From the NCBI GenBank assembly GCA_002433895.1, contig DJJA01000004.1:24132-88131 (forward strand): a stretch of 64,000 nt of DNA, written 5' to 3'. This DNA comes from Candidatus Gottesmanbacteria bacterium UBA6580. Its GTDB lineage: Bacteria; Patescibacteriota; Microgenomatia; UBA10105; UBA927. The translations under genes and the position numbers were made by a program. Shown in pieces: positions 18,139-28,704 of this stretch. Under the pieces are notes generated by a model that made no database searches, was not told the origin of the DNA, and was given only the letters and a program-made list of their open reading frames with translations. How positions within the stretch are numbered: position 1 is the first letter of the stretch; each line of letters begins with the position of its first letter.

Positions 18139-21100
18139 TTATTTCGGCTGTTTTTTGACAAATGATATTTCCAGTTTATCGCCGGAGATATCGATGCGTC
18201 CTGCCTGCCACTGTTGATTGATGCGGCCATTGATGTGATCAAGTACCAATCCATTGAAATTATTAAGACTGTTGCGTATGGTGCCTTCGGCGAGCCGGAA
18301 GAGCATCGGGAGTTTGATGTTTAAAGTATTTTTATCAACAATCAATCCCTTGGTCGGATCGGTGATAAGCGTGCCGGAAAATTGCGCTTCTCCAAGTTTT
18401 GCGCCTGCTACTTTTATTTTTGCGGTCATATCTTCCAGTTTGACCCGGTTACCGAGAAGGGTAATACGGCCTCCTGTAATTCTGGTACCTGCCATATCAA
18501 CAGATGATTTGACGTAGTCCATAAGCTCGTTGCTGGTAAACTGCACTTTTGCTTCTGACTCTTTGCTTCTGCTGACGACATAGTTAATCCGATCATCAAC
18601 ACCCTCAGGGAGGGGAGCTTCTGGCTTTGGTGTTTCTGGTGTTCCTGCTTGTTCTGGTTGATTGGCTTCGTTTACCTCCGGTGAACTGATAGAAGATGCG
18701 ACTGTTTCGGTGGTAGGCGTTTCGACTATTGATGCTTCCGCGTTTTCACCCGCCATGCTTTCGAGGTGTTCGCGGGATGTTTCCGGGGCTTTTGGGGTCG
18801 CCGCGACGATTTCAGGTGCGGTTGTTTTTGCGTATGCTTCGATGTCGGGGGCAACCGACATATTTGCGCCAAGATTAGTGGTATCAAGGAGGTTCACCTT
18901 ACCATCTTTGAGTTCGTAGGTGAGACCCAGTGAGTCTAAGGCGCGGGTAAAGTATCCATTAAACCGTTCGGGATGCCCGCTTTTCAGTGACGGATACATG
19001 TGTTCGTACATGTTGGTAAGATGCGTTTCCAAATGTTCTTTGGTAAATTGTTCGCTGGCAATTTTACCCATTTCTTCCCAGGTCATATTTTTATACACTT
19101 CATTATTTTCAAGCGGTGCTGCCGGTTCAGCTAATCCGAGCTGTTGAAGTTGCATATAGATGGTTTCTTTGGGATCCATAGTGGCAGTCAGGGTGGGAAG
19201 CACAGTCGCGACGTCAGGCGTGCCGCGTGCTTCGGTGATCATCCACGCAAGCTCCCGTTCTTCAAGAAATGGTGATGTTTGATTGTATCCGCCGACTGCA
19301 GCAAGTGTGCCTGCACGTACCGCAAGATTGCCTTGGAATACCGCCGGTACGCTTTGTGCCTCTCCGTGCCGGACAAGCGCATCAAACACTTCAAACGCTC
19401 GGTGATGGGCAAATAACATTGGGTACGTCGCGTATGTTTCCGGGGGTAGTTGATATGTGCCGCTTACCATATCAAGCGTGGGATTGGCATCAAGCGCGTC
19501 AACAATACTTGAAAGATATGTGGCTTCTATTGGTTTGCCAGTGCTGTTTTCTGCAATTATTACCGCTTCCGGGGCTTCTGCCGGCCGTGAAGCAAGGCGT
19601 GATAGGGTGAAATTGGTCATGTCGCGTTTTACCTGGCCACTCGTTGGCGCATTCTGATATTCGCGGGTGACATACACGACCTGCATATCCGGGTGCTCTG
19701 TTTTAAAGCGTTCGATTTCTGCTTTTGTGTTTCCGGGTAACGTTTGATTGACGGAGCCGGTGGGCGGGGTGACGGTCGCTTCGTAGATCACAAATTCCGT
19801 ACGCTTCGGGTCAATCGGTGTGCCATCAGCATTGGTTTGCCCAGCATAGTTATTGAGGCGGTCGTAAATAGTGCTGCCATTTTGTACGAGCGGAATTGTT
19901 ACTACCGCGCGGACATCGGGGTGTACTGCCGGATTTTCCTGTGCTTTCAGGTCTTCGAGCATTTGTGTCTCCTCAGGAGACAATGCGCCGAGGTACCAGT
20001 CAATTTCTTCACGTTCATTGAGTTTCGCTTGTGGATTTTCTTTCAGCCGAGGTGATGTGCGCGCTGCAAGTGCTTCACGATTGATAAATACTTCTTCATA
20101 GCCAAACGGACTTAACAACATATCTCCCGAAAGTGCGTTGGGTGCTAAACTTTCGACTGGTAGTGCTTCTAAGACATGGCGATACGGGATAAATATCGGT
20201 ACCCACGGGATTTCCGGTGCAGGTGTGCCCGGTATCACGGTTGTTTCGACGTTGTAGGGAATATCCAATGGCTTCGCCGCAAGGATTTGACCCATAGGCG
20301 CGTTATCGGTGTGCACTTCTGTCAGTGTAAACTGATGAATGGGTATGATTTTTTCCGGCACGGCTGGTGCGACAACCTCGGGGGAGCTGGTTGTTTCCGT
20401 TACGCCAAGTTTATGAAGAAGTGGTGCCAACTCAGCTTCGGTGGGTAGGTCAGCGTCCCGGCCAAAATATCCCATGCGGAGGAGTAGTGCATCTATTTTG
20501 TCCTGTTCCGATCCTTTTTCTAATATCGCGAGCACTTCCATGGGACCTTTACCGGTTGCCGCTATCTCCTGATACCGGTCAATCGCGGCATTATTAAGTT
20601 CACTGAATTGTTTAATTGCTTCCGGGCTGAAAAATTCCTTCGGTACACTGATATGCGCATCATTAGGAATTCGTGCAATATCAAACTCTTTTACCGCGGT
20701 ATCGCCAAACGTCGCGTCACGGAGATGGAGTATGTGTTCTGATGGGCTTTTTCCATCACCGAGTGTAATATTTTTGGGTATTCCTTCACTGTCATGGGGC
20801 ACCATATGTTGTTCATATAGTCGGAAAAGATTTTTCAGACCGTTGGTCGTGGCAACTTTGTTTTCGCCTTCAGCTCTGTCCATGAAATAGTTCCACAGTC
20901 CGCCCTCGCGGAGGTCGCTGCCGCGGATCTCCATCATCTGACCAGCAGCAGGTGCTTCAGGAGAGGATGGGAGCACGGTCGGAAGTTCGGCGGATAATCT
21001 TACTCGGCTTACTTCAGGGGTTTCCCATTTTAAACCGTGCGCGTTAAGTTCATTGGTGATGCGGGTAATCTCTGCTGGGGTGCCTTTGAGTTCACCGGTA

Positions 21101-24042
21101 TCGGTAAACTCCAGGACAGTGACTGCCTTGTTATCGGCGTCAATGAGTTGCCAATTCTGTTGACCTGCGGCGTGCACCAGGCGGTAGCCATCAGGAAGTT
21201 TCGCGGTGAGTGCTGCATCATTTGGTGCAGTGAGATCAGGGATTGTGACGACTTTTTGTGTGCCTTCTATAATATCGCCTGCTTTATGTGGTTCAACAAA
21301 CGTGAGCCCCGCCTTTTCTAGCGTTTTGCGAACCTGATCCTCGGTCATATTGGTTCCTAACACTACGTCTTCTTGACCCCGGAGGTTGGCAATAAGACTT
21401 TGGTCAAATTTTGCGTCATATAGTACTTTGCCGGTACTGTCTGTGTGAGGTATGAGTGTTAGTTCTTTCGGTAATTGATACGGTACCTGATGCGCGGCAT
21501 CGGGTCCCAGCGATACGACGTGGTCGGCGCTTGGCGGAGAAAGTTCGATATGCGCGGTACCAGTAGCGTGCGCTTTGTCACTCAACTCCGCAGCTCCCTG
21601 CGTGATCGTGTCGCCATGACCAATTTGAGCAATTCCCTGTACCGCTACGCCGACTGCGGCGCCTACAACTCCTGCCTTTACGCCGTATTTGACCGCTTCG
21701 ACGCGTGCTTCTGCTTTGAACTCTTCGAGTATCGCATCAAGCCCCATGGCTTTTTCTTCACCACTTAATGCTTTGGATGCAAACGGCCATCGGCGTTTGA
21801 CGATGTCAACCTCCGGCGCATACGAAGATATGAGATTAAGGGTGAGTTTAATGGGGTCATCGAGCGCATCGAGGGTGTTGACCCCTTCCCGCAATACTTG
21901 CGTTTGGCTTACGGTGAGCTTTTCCATAAACTCTGGGAAGGTGTTGCCGCCTAAGACTGTTGCTGATTGTTCGGCATGGGTTGATAAATAGGCGTCGAGA
22001 TCTGCAAGCGCTTTGTTAGCAGTGAGGTCAAGTGCCGCGCGTTCGCTTTCGATGGTTTCGCGGCTGGAAAACTGTATCATACCAATTCTTTTTGGTCCTG
22101 TTTCACTGACGGCCTTCCTCGCGTGGAGATCGGCAACGGTTGCAAACGCGCTTCGCAGCTCGTCATCAGTCAGATTTGCTTTGAGTACATCGTTTTCATA
22201 GAGTGTTGTCGTAAGGCTTCCCATCATTTCATCTGCCCGGCGTTGTTTGACGGCAAATTTTTCAAACCACGCCCTGCGCTTTTGTGTTTCGGTAAATTGG
22301 GCGCCAGTTTCGCGTTCGCGTAGATGCGTCATGTAATCCTTGTTGAGCTGTCCATATTCGCGCCAGCCGGCAAATAGACCTCCTGCCAGGGCACCACCGG
22401 TAAGGCTCCCGAGTGGACCCGTAATGCTCGCAACTGCTTTAAACGGTGCGGTTTTCAGGAAATTGACGGCAGAGAGCGTCAGTGCCACGCCGGAACCAAT
22501 CGTCGCTTCGTTGAAGAGCAAGGGAACAAGAACATTCTTTTTGTTAAGCCATTCGGCGATTTCCCGGATTTGTCCCACTCCTTTTTCAACTGCTGTGGGC
22601 TCCAGGCTCGTGACTTCTCCCATCTGTCCCAGACCTAGCCTAATCTGCATGCCGGCGATTGCTTCGTCTATATTGGCTAGTCCTGCCTCATGGGACATTT
22701 TCGTGCGTAAGGTTTCTGCTACCTCATACAGGCTCGAACTATATAGTTCTGCCTCAGCAAAAATATCCGGGCGGGTGTCTTTGAGTGTAGCTTTGAAGAA
22801 TTCTTTTGTTCGATTATCAAATTCGGTTTTGTCTGCTATCTCGCCACTCGCATACTGTTTGAGGAGTGTTTGTATTCCTTCTACCAGCGGCTTATGTTCT
22901 TCTTTTGTGGGGTCTAATATCTCCAATTTCTCACCGAGTTGTGTCCGTATAAATTGGTCGGCATTTTCAAGATCTGTTCCAAATCGGGCTCGAACCGCTT
23001 TTGCTTCGCGCTCGAATGTTTCTAAGCCTTTGATTTCTCCCGTTAGACGCATGGCGCCGATTTCTTCGAGTGCCATGGTTTGGATACTCGTCCGCATGCC
23101 GACTTTATCTTTCAGCCAGTCAGCAGCTCTCGTTCCTGCCCGCACAAGAAAGTTTGCATCGGCTAGTTTGTTGTTATATCGGTCTGTGGCACGGCGTTCG
23201 GCCATCCGTATTGCTTCTTCGGCAAACGGGGTTTCTGCCGTCTTTAACATATCCATGTAGTACTGCCGGCTTTTTTCGTGGAAGTAGATACCGCCGATAC
23301 TTTGTTTCCATACGTTGGTAAAGACAAATTCATGGATGCCATGCACGGCCTCCTTCGTCTTTTCCCAGAGATTACGATTGGCCGTCGCTCTCGCTTCAGC
23401 ACTCGGGCTGGATAGCTTCTGCATGCTGCGGTCAGCAAGATCCAGTGCCCTCGTTTCGTATGCCTTAAGACCAACAATAGTGATGGTGTTGGGGTCTTCC
23501 TTGAGCGTTTCCAGAATTTCTCGTGCGTCTTTGGTTGGCGTAGGTGTTGGTGCTTCAGGAGTTGCGGGTGCTGGCTGCTCAACTGAAGGCTGTCCGGTGA
23601 CTACCGGTGCTTCCACCGGCGTTTCCGTTGCGGTGACCGGTGCACCAGTGGCTTCAGGAGCCTTGGGAGTAGGCGTGGCAGTTGTTTTGGGCTCCAGCGA
23701 AAGCGATTCCTTGGTGATAATATGCGGCGTACCCGCTTCATCGGTCCACTGTACTCCCGAGAGTTTGTCCCAGGGGATTTCATCAAACGCGTTAACATTC
23801 GTGAGCGGCTTATCGATGAGCTTGCCTTCTTCACCCTTTTTGCGGCTGGCTTCTTTGACAAGAGGGACAGCGCTTCCGACGCCATCGTTGGCTCGTTTAT
23901 CGGCGCCAAGAATAGTGATATAGCTGATTTCTTTGCCCGTGATTTGCTGCGGGGTGGTGAGATAAATAGCCGTTTCACCCACGATAATCGATTGCGGCTT
24001 GGGAGCTTCGGGTGATTGTGGTGTTGGATGTGGTTCTGCCAT
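18139..24042 (-). CDS. Giant (1967 aa) acidic hypothetical protein, no recognisable catalytic motifs
   Basis: Uninterrupted 5.9-kb ORF with an acidic N-terminal third (…TPEAPTPTPTKDAREILETLKEDP…). The overlapping antisense ORFs are low-complexity and judged spurious. Confidence 0.75.
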   Translation of the reverse strand: MAEPHPTPQSPEAPKPQSIIVGETAIYLTTPQQITGKEISYITILGADKRANDGVGSAVPLVKEASRKKGEEGKLIDKPLTNVNAFDEIPWDKLSGVQWTDEAGTPHIITKESLSLEPKTTATPTPKAPEATGAPVTATETPVEAPVVTGQPSVEQPAPATPEAPTPTPTKDAREILETLKEDPNTITIVGLKAYETRALDLADRSMQKLSSPSAEARATANRNLWEKTKEAVHGIHEFVFTNVWKQSIGGIYFHEKSRQYYMDMLKTAETPFAEEAIRMAERRATDRYNNKLADANFLVRAGTRAADWLKDKVGMRTSIQTMALEEIGAMRLTGEIKGLETFEREAKAVRARFGTDLENADQFIRTQLGEKLEILDPTKEEHKPLVEGIQTLLKQYASGEIADKTEFDNRTKEFFKATLKDTRPDIFAEAELYSSSLYEVAETLRTKMSHEAGLANIDEAIAGMQIRLGLGQMGEVTSLEPTAVEKGVGQIREIAEWLNKKNVLVPLLFNEATIGSGVALTLSAVNFLKTAPFKAVASITGPLGSLTGGALAGGLFAGWREYGQLNKDYMTHLRERETGAQFTETQKRRAWFEKFAVKQRRADEMMGSLTTTLYENDVLKANLTDDELRSAFATVADLHARKAVSETGPKRIGMIQFSSRETIESERAALDLTANKALADLDAYLSTHAEQSATVLGGNTFPEFMEKLTVSQTQVLREGVNTLDALDDPIKLTLNLISSYAPEVDIVKRRWPFASKALSGEEKAMGLDAILEEFKAEARVEAVKYGVKAGVVGAAVGVAVQGIAQIGHGDTITQGAAELSDKAHATGTAHIELSPPSADHVVSLGPDAAHQVPYQLPKELTLIPHTDSTGKVLYDAKFDQSLIANLRGQEDVVLGTNMTEDQVRKTLEKAGLTFVEPHKAGDIIEGTQKVVTIPDLTAPNDAALTAKLPDGYRLVHAAGQQNWQLIDADNKAVTVLEFTDTGELKGTPAEITRITNELNAHGLKWETPEVSRVRLSAELPTVLPSSPEAPAAGQMMEIRGSDLREGGLWNYFMDRAEGENKVATTNGLKNLFRLYEQHMVPHDSEGIPKNITLGDGKSPSEHILHLRDATFGDTAVKEFDIARIPNDAHISVPKEFFSPEAIKQFSELNNAAIDRYQEIAATGKGPMEVLAILEKGSEQDKIDALLLRMGYFGRDADLPTEAELAPLLHKLGVTETTSSPEVVAPAVPEKIIPIHQFTLTEVHTDNAPMGQILAAKPLDIPYNVETTVIPGTPAPEIPWVPIFIPYRHVLEALPVESLAPNALSGDMLLSPFGYEEVFINREALAARTSPRLKENPQAKLNEREEIDWYLGALSPEETQMLEDLKAQENPAVHPDVRAVVTIPLVQNGSTIYDRLNNYAGQTNADGTPIDPKRTEFVIYEATVTPPTGSVNQTLPGNTKAEIERFKTEHPDMQVVYVTREYQNAPTSGQVKRDMTNFTLSRLASRPAEAPEAVIIAENSTGKPIEATYLSSIVDALDANPTLDMVSGTYQLPPETYATYPMLFAHHRAFEVFDALVRHGEAQSVPAVFQGNLAVRAGTLAAVGGYNQTSPFLEERELAWMITEARGTPDVATVLPTLTATMDPKETIYMQLQQLGLAEPAAPLENNEVYKNMTWEEMGKIASEQFTKEHLETHLTNMYEHMYPSLKSGHPERFNGYFTRALDSLGLTYELKDGKVNLLDTTNLGANMSVAPDIEAYAKTTAPEIVAATPKAPETSREHLESMAGENAEASIVETPTTETVASSISSPEVNEANQPEQAGTPETPKPEAPLPEGVDDRINYVVSRSKESEAKVQFTSNELMDYVKSSVDMAGTRITGGRITLLGNRVKLEDMTAKIKVAGAKLGEAQFSGTLITDPTKGLIVDKNTLNIKLPMLFRLAEGTIRNSLNNFNGLVLDHINGRINQQWQAGRIDISGDKLEISFVKKQPK

Positions 24043-24130
24043 GGTTGTTACGGTTGACTATTAACAGTGCGCTATTAACCAGAAAATATTGTGTCTGGTT
24101 AACTGTAAAAAGTTAACTGTCAATTGTTAT

Positions 24131-24466
24131 CTAGTTTGCTTTCTTTTCTTCTCCTATGTACAGTCTTTTGAAATCAGCGAATATTTGTGAGACGAGAATA
24201 TCGGGTTCTTTGACGTAGTTACTGATAAATGCGTTGACCTGTTCGGGTGATGGGTTTGTTTTGATGAGGTCGGCAAGTTGCGTGACCGCTTCCGGGTTGG
24301 CACTGCTGACCATCTCAATTGTGCGAAGGGTGAGGTATTGATTAAGGCGATCCGTAAGCTCACGTTTGATATCGGCGCGGGTCGCGTCATCGAGTGGGGT
24401 GGCCGAAAATTTTTCTGCGATAAGTGTATCGATAAATGCCTCGATTGCAGGCAGAGAAATATCCAT
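24131..24466 (-). CDS. Small helical hypothetical protein (start ambiguous: ORF extends to 24526)
   Basis: Internal start MDISLPAIEAFIDTLIAEKF… gives a 111-aa all-alpha-looking protein. The longer ORF adds a 20-aa Cys/Tyr-rich extension. Confidence 0.45.
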   Translation of the reverse strand: MDISLPAIEAFIDTLIAEKFSATPLDDATRADIKRELTDRLNQYLTLRTIEMVSSANPEAVTQLADLIKTNPSPEQVNAFISNYVKEPDILVSQIFADFKRLYIGEEKKAN

Positions 24467-24624
24467 ATATCCACAGTAGGTGAGATAGGAGGTCGTGTCA
24501 AGGATGTCACAACTATAACGAAACATATTTATATATATCTTTATTAGTCAGATGTTTCTTGAATGATATAGTTGTTATTTCTCTAATTTGGTAATTTGAT
24601 AAAAGTATCCTATAATACGTAACG

Positions 24625-25299
24625 ATGGGAAGCAATGAAATGCGTCATTATTTTACCAGCGGGTTTTTTGCCGATGCGAAGCGGTCACTAGTCCCCGGCA
24701 CACGTCCCGAATTAGTAGGAACTGAAAAAATGGTAGCTGCAGATATTGAGCACCGCCTTAGTCGTGGGCGGGGTTCCGTGCTTTTCGTTGAACTAGGCGG
24801 GCAGGCGGGTGCTTCGTCTGCGGTGCTTAGTGAATGGTTTACCCGGGATATCAGGCGTGGCCGGTTGACGGTAATGGTGACTAATCATGAGCGTCGATCA
24901 GGAGTACAGATACTCCGCGCGTCAGAGCGCGTCATGAAACAGTCAAAACGGTCAGCGGAGATTATTCCTGATATGGATACCGCTATGTTTATCCGTGAAC
25001 ACATGCACCTCATAGATTGGCGTTCTGGTGTCGACACAATCCACCTTCCGCAGTTAACTTCGGCGTACGGTGGTGCCGATGTGATACATGAGTGTATGGC
25101 GGGTTTATTTTTCCATCCTGACCGGCCACGGGCATTTCAGGCGGTTACTGCCGCCCTTAAGCCGGGTGGTGCCTTGTTTACCCGCGAAACACCGGACAAG
25201 GATCGCTCATATGGTGCATTTCCAAGCGATGTCATGAAGCCGGATGGGTGGTATGTGTGGGGAGTGCGGGGTTACCGGATATATAGAAAAATCGGATAA
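24625..25299 (+). CDS. Putative class-I SAM-dependent methyltransferase-like protein
   Basis: VLFVELGGQAGASSAV is a motif-I-like Gly-rich segment and …AALKPGGALFTRE a post-II-like segment. The assignment is weak. Confidence 0.4.
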   Translation: MGSNEMRHYFTSGFFADAKRSLVPGTRPELVGTEKMVAADIEHRLSRGRGSVLFVELGGQAGASSAVLSEWFTRDIRRGRLTVMVTNHERRSGVQILRASERVMKQSKRSAEIIPDMDTAMFIREHMHLIDWRSGVDTIHLPQLTSAYGGADVIHECMAGLFFHPDRPRAFQAVTAALKPGGALFTRETPDKDRSYGAFPSDVMKPDGWYVWGVRGYRIYRKIG

Positions 25300-25308
25300 T
25301 CCGTGGTG

Positions 25309-25791
25309 TTATGTGGGTTTTGCCGAGCCAGTCCAGACTAATTTTACATTTTGTTTGATCACGCGGTCGGCGAGTTCCTGCGCTTCTTTGTATTGGCCCG
25401 CTTTAATAAGCTGCTGCACTTGGGATATCGCGGGCTTTGCGACTCCCTGCTCATAATCCCGTAGATACGGTACGATGACGTGGGATATTTCATTAAAATT
25501 GTCATCAAGGTGGGGGAGCGTCCGGTAGAGATCTTCCATGCTCATGCCGGGTTTGAGTTTGTCTAATACCATCTGCGCGAGTTGTTGCGCGCGTTCTTCG
25601 CTCATTTCCTCTGCCTCAACTTTACGTTTGATAATATCGACGATATCTGCTTCTATTTTTTCTCGGATGTCATCGGGGCTCATGAAAATAGTATCGGGTA
25701 TTTCGTGGGGAGTATCAAGAGGGGTGCCAATGCGTGAGGAAAAAAAAGAGAAAGTGTTAAGAAGGTTTATTTTGTTGCCATTTCTCGTCAT
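25309..25791 (-). CDS. Hypothetical protein (probable true start near 25683, MSPDDIREK…)
   Basis: The ORF is helical and charged. Its first 36 codons overlap the 3' end of the upstream gene, so the internal start is more plausible. Confidence 0.4.
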   Translation of the reverse strand: MTRNGNKINLLNTFSFFSSRIGTPLDTPHEIPDTIFMSPDDIREKIEADIVDIIKRKVEAEEMSEERAQQLAQMVLDKLKPGMSMEDLYRTLPHLDDNFNEISHVIVPYLRDYEQGVAKPAISQVQQLIKAGQYKEAQELADRVIKQNVKLVWTGSAKPT

Positions 25792-26656
25792 TTTCAGACG
25801 GATACGGGAATATCAGTCCTTTCTTTTTTGATAACTCGCTCACATGCTGACTGATATCAATTTGTGTGATGAGAGCCTGAAGTGCTTCGGGAACCGCGCC
25901 ATACACAAACCGCCGCAGTGTTTTTAAGTCGAGATGATCCCATGTGGGGATTTCAAATGCTAATCTCGGCGCGACATTGGGGTCGGTTTGTACGTAACAA
26001 CGCAACGGCTGTGTTTTGTCGTATAGGTCAGTGCCGCCATTTTGGATAGAAATGCCACCGGCTGCCATTGTGACGTCATATGGCCCATGCGTGTTGATAA
26101 CGTTCAGAACATCGTCTATCGTGAAAGGCCGCATTTTTCCAGCTATGCGGACAAGCACCGTGGCAGGATGCGCGAGGGGGTTGGTCAGATCTATGCCGGT
26201 AAGCGCGGTACATATTTCAAAATTTTTTCCTGATTGCTGGAGCGCGCCGTTGTCAGGATCTTTCAGCCATTGCTCAAGATTTGCCGGTTTTTCCAGCACC
26301 CGTGGCGTATCATCGGAGGAGTCAGCATCATAACTTATCTGTACAGTGTCAGAGTATAACCGTATTGTTCTTCCCGGCCGGGTCATAATTTCTCCTACTA
26401 AGTCTTTGTGTGCCACATTATTCACCGTGCCAAGCACCAGTAGCCCGGCTATATCCTGGAGCGCTTTTTCTTTGGCAACTTCAAATGGCCATTCTGCGGG
26501 TGAGCTATTTACCGGTTTATGGATGGTTGTTTCGGTAAATCCGAAAGGTACTTGTCTCACTCTATCCGGCGGGAGGAGAGAAGCGAACGCCATGGTGCGT
26601 TCTTTTGAGGATGTGGCAATATCAAGATAAATTGGACGCTCGTGCTGGAGTGCCAT
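25757..26656 (-). CDS. Hypothetical protein (299 aa)
   Basis: Long ORF with a globular-looking composition. No motifs recognised. Confidence 0.5.
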   Translation of the reverse strand: MALQHERPIYLDIATSSKERTMAFASLLPPDRVRQVPFGFTETTIHKPVNSSPAEWPFEVAKEKALQDIAGLLVLGTVNNVAHKDLVGEIMTRPGRTIRLYSDTVQISYDADSSDDTPRVLEKPANLEQWLKDPDNGALQQSGKNFEICTALTGIDLTNPLAHPATVLVRIAGKMRPFTIDDVLNVINTHGPYDVTMAAGGISIQNGGTDLYDKTQPLRCYVQTDPNVAPRLAFEIPTWDHLDLKTLRRFVYGAVPEALQALITQIDISQHVSELSKKKGLIFPYPSENDEKWQQNKPS

Positions 26657-27381
26657 TGGTATGTATAAATACTGACTCGAGAGCAGGAATAAAAATCACA
26701 CCGTATCAAAAAATGAACCGTGAAATTTTCTCCTTTCTTTATACACGGCACCTACGGATATGGGTCAACTGGGAATAAAGGAGCTTATCTGTATCAAAGT
26801 ACGGCAATTTTTCTCATGACTATTTTTATGGGTGTTGTAATGTATATGTTGCTCATAAAGTCAGGCTCATGGATTATTTCGTGTTCGCTGTACTATAATG
26901 CGCTTCATTATGCACATTGTTGAATTTACGCTAGCAATTCCCACGCCATTACATCGAAGATTCCGATTGGAGCCGCATTTGCGTGGAGCGACCGCAAGAA
27001 TTTTTGAACCGGGAGACCGGGAAGATATTACGTCTCCGTTGTGGAATAACCGCACACACAAATGGCAGCTTGCTGTCCGTACCGATGGGATTGGCGTATT
27101 AACGATCACCCCTGTTTCGCAAATAGCGTCCATTTTATTGCTCGGACGACGGGGGGCCGAAACGCTTGGCGCGGTGACACACACCATCACGCGGCCAGTC
27201 CGGCATGTACTTGCAGGCACACAACTTATAGATGGTGATGGGACACAGGTAACTACCGTGTTTAAGGCAGTGTGCGCACTCGAAGATAATGACCGGCTCA
27301 TGCGGTGGGTTATGGATTCGCACCCCCGGAGAATTTTCCGGTAGATCATTTTACCTATTTAAGGTAGGATGGAAAAACACT

Positions 27382-28665
27382 ATGGCAACATCAAATTTTA
27401 CAAAAACTGTATTACCAAATGGCGTCCGTCTCATCCTCGTGCCGGTGCCCGGAGTAAACAGCATCGCGACCGCGGTCATGGTGGGTGTAGGAAGTAGGTA
27501 TGAAACGCCGGCAATTAGCGGCATCTCCCATTTTCTCGAGCACATGGTGTTTAAAGGTACGGAAAAATATCCGACGACTGACGACGTCAACACTATTGAG
27601 CGTGCGGGAGGGCTGCAAAACGCGTATACCGATATTGATATTACGAACTACCACAACAAAGTACTGAGTGAAGATTGGCGCCTTGCATTGGAAATAAACA
27701 AAGAGCTTGCCATTAAGCCCCGAATACCTAGCGAGTGGGTGGATAAAGAGCGTGATGTGATACTAGAGGAAATGAAGCGGTACGAAGATGAACCAGCAAG
27801 TAAGGTAGAAGAAGCATATCATGCATTGTTGTACCCCAATAGCAAATTGGGTATGCGCACGATTGGCGAAGAAGCAAGTTTGCGTTCGGTGGGTGCTCAA
27901 GAGCTCCGTAATTACCATGACGAATGGTACGCGCCGGAGCGCATGGTAGTGATCCTTTCAGGTAATGTGCGTGGCAACGAGAAAAAAATTCATGAGCAGG
28001 TCGGCGAATGGTTTGCCGCGTTGCCGGCGAAAAAAACCGGGGATATAGAAGTAGTTACTCCACAGCAAAAGGCGCCGCAACTTACCGTTGTGACTAAGCC
28101 GGACGCAGCACAGGCACACCTTATTGTGGGGCTTCGTGCATTTGCGCGCGGCAGTGAAGACCGGTTTGCGTGGAGTTTGTTTAATCTGGTCATGGGAGTA
28201 TCGTTTACGAGTAGATTATTTAAAGAAATCCGTGAGAAGCGAGGGCTTTGCTATCACATCCGGAGCAGTAATGCAGCGTACGCTGATGTAGGGAGCTGGG
28301 ATATTTACGCGGGGGTCGCGACAAATAAAGTAGAAGAAGCGACGAAGGCTATTATCGAAGAGCTCGGGAAGGCAAAAGCTGCAGGAATAACTGAAGAAGA
28401 GTTGGTTGTTGCGAGGAAACGGCTTAAAACTATTTTAGCGTTCAAAAGTGAAGACCCTGAGTTTTGGAGTGAATGGTATGGGCGTGCGGAAGTGTTCGGG
28501 ATGCCCCTCATGACGCTCGAAGAGTATATCGAAAAGATAGAAAAGGTAACAATCCAAGACATTAACGCGCTTATTGGGAAATATTTTATTACCCAAAGTC
28601 TCAATATGTCGTTGGTGTGGAGTAAGCCGCGTGAAGAAAAACTTCTTGCCCTTCTTTCACTGTGA
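27382..28665 (+). CDS. M16-family zinc metallopeptidase (pitrilysin/insulinase-like)
   Basis: Inverted zinc-binding motif HFLEHMVFKGT (HxxEH…E) near the N-terminus. The overall two-domain length fits M16. Start taken at MATSNFTKTVLPNGVRLILVP, the internal Met of ORF 27289..28665. Confidence 0.85.
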   Translation: MATSNFTKTVLPNGVRLILVPVPGVNSIATAVMVGVGSRYETPAISGISHFLEHMVFKGTEKYPTTDDVNTIERAGGLQNAYTDIDITNYHNKVLSEDWRLALEINKELAIKPRIPSEWVDKERDVILEEMKRYEDEPASKVEEAYHALLYPNSKLGMRTIGEEASLRSVGAQELRNYHDEWYAPERMVVILSGNVRGNEKKIHEQVGEWFAALPAKKTGDIEVVTPQQKAPQLTVVTKPDAAQAHLIVGLRAFARGSEDRFAWSLFNLVMGVSFTSRLFKEIREKRGLCYHIRSSNAAYADVGSWDIYAGVATNKVEEATKAIIEELGKAKAAGITEEELVVARKRLKTILAFKSEDPEFWSEWYGRAEVFGMPLMTLEEYIEKIEKVTIQDINALIGKYFITQSLNMSLVWSKPREEKLLALLSL

Positions 28666-28704
28666 TCGTTGACCCTGTATTTACTATAGGGTAAAATTTC
28701 CACT

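Noticed and set aside
22340-23260. 306-aa plus-strand ORF (and many 60-200-aa ORFs) antisense to the giant 1967-aa gene
   Set aside because: Ser/Ala/Arg-rich low complexity, embedded in a single uninterrupted 5.9-kb frame on the other strand.
26657-27381. 720-bp gap with two mutually overlapping ORFs (26867-27349 minus, 26898-27344 plus) and an AGUCCGG…ACCGGCUCAU pair reminiscent of the RNase P RNA P4 helix
   Set aside because: Both ORFs translate to Ser/Cys/Arg-rich low-complexity sequence and cannot both be real. The P4-like halves are only about 100 nt apart (versus about 290 nt in bacterial RNase P RNA). The other universally conserved RNase P elements (GGAAAG, GNAANAUAGGCC region) were not found. 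Best treated as an unexplained promoter or leader region for the M16 peptidase gene.
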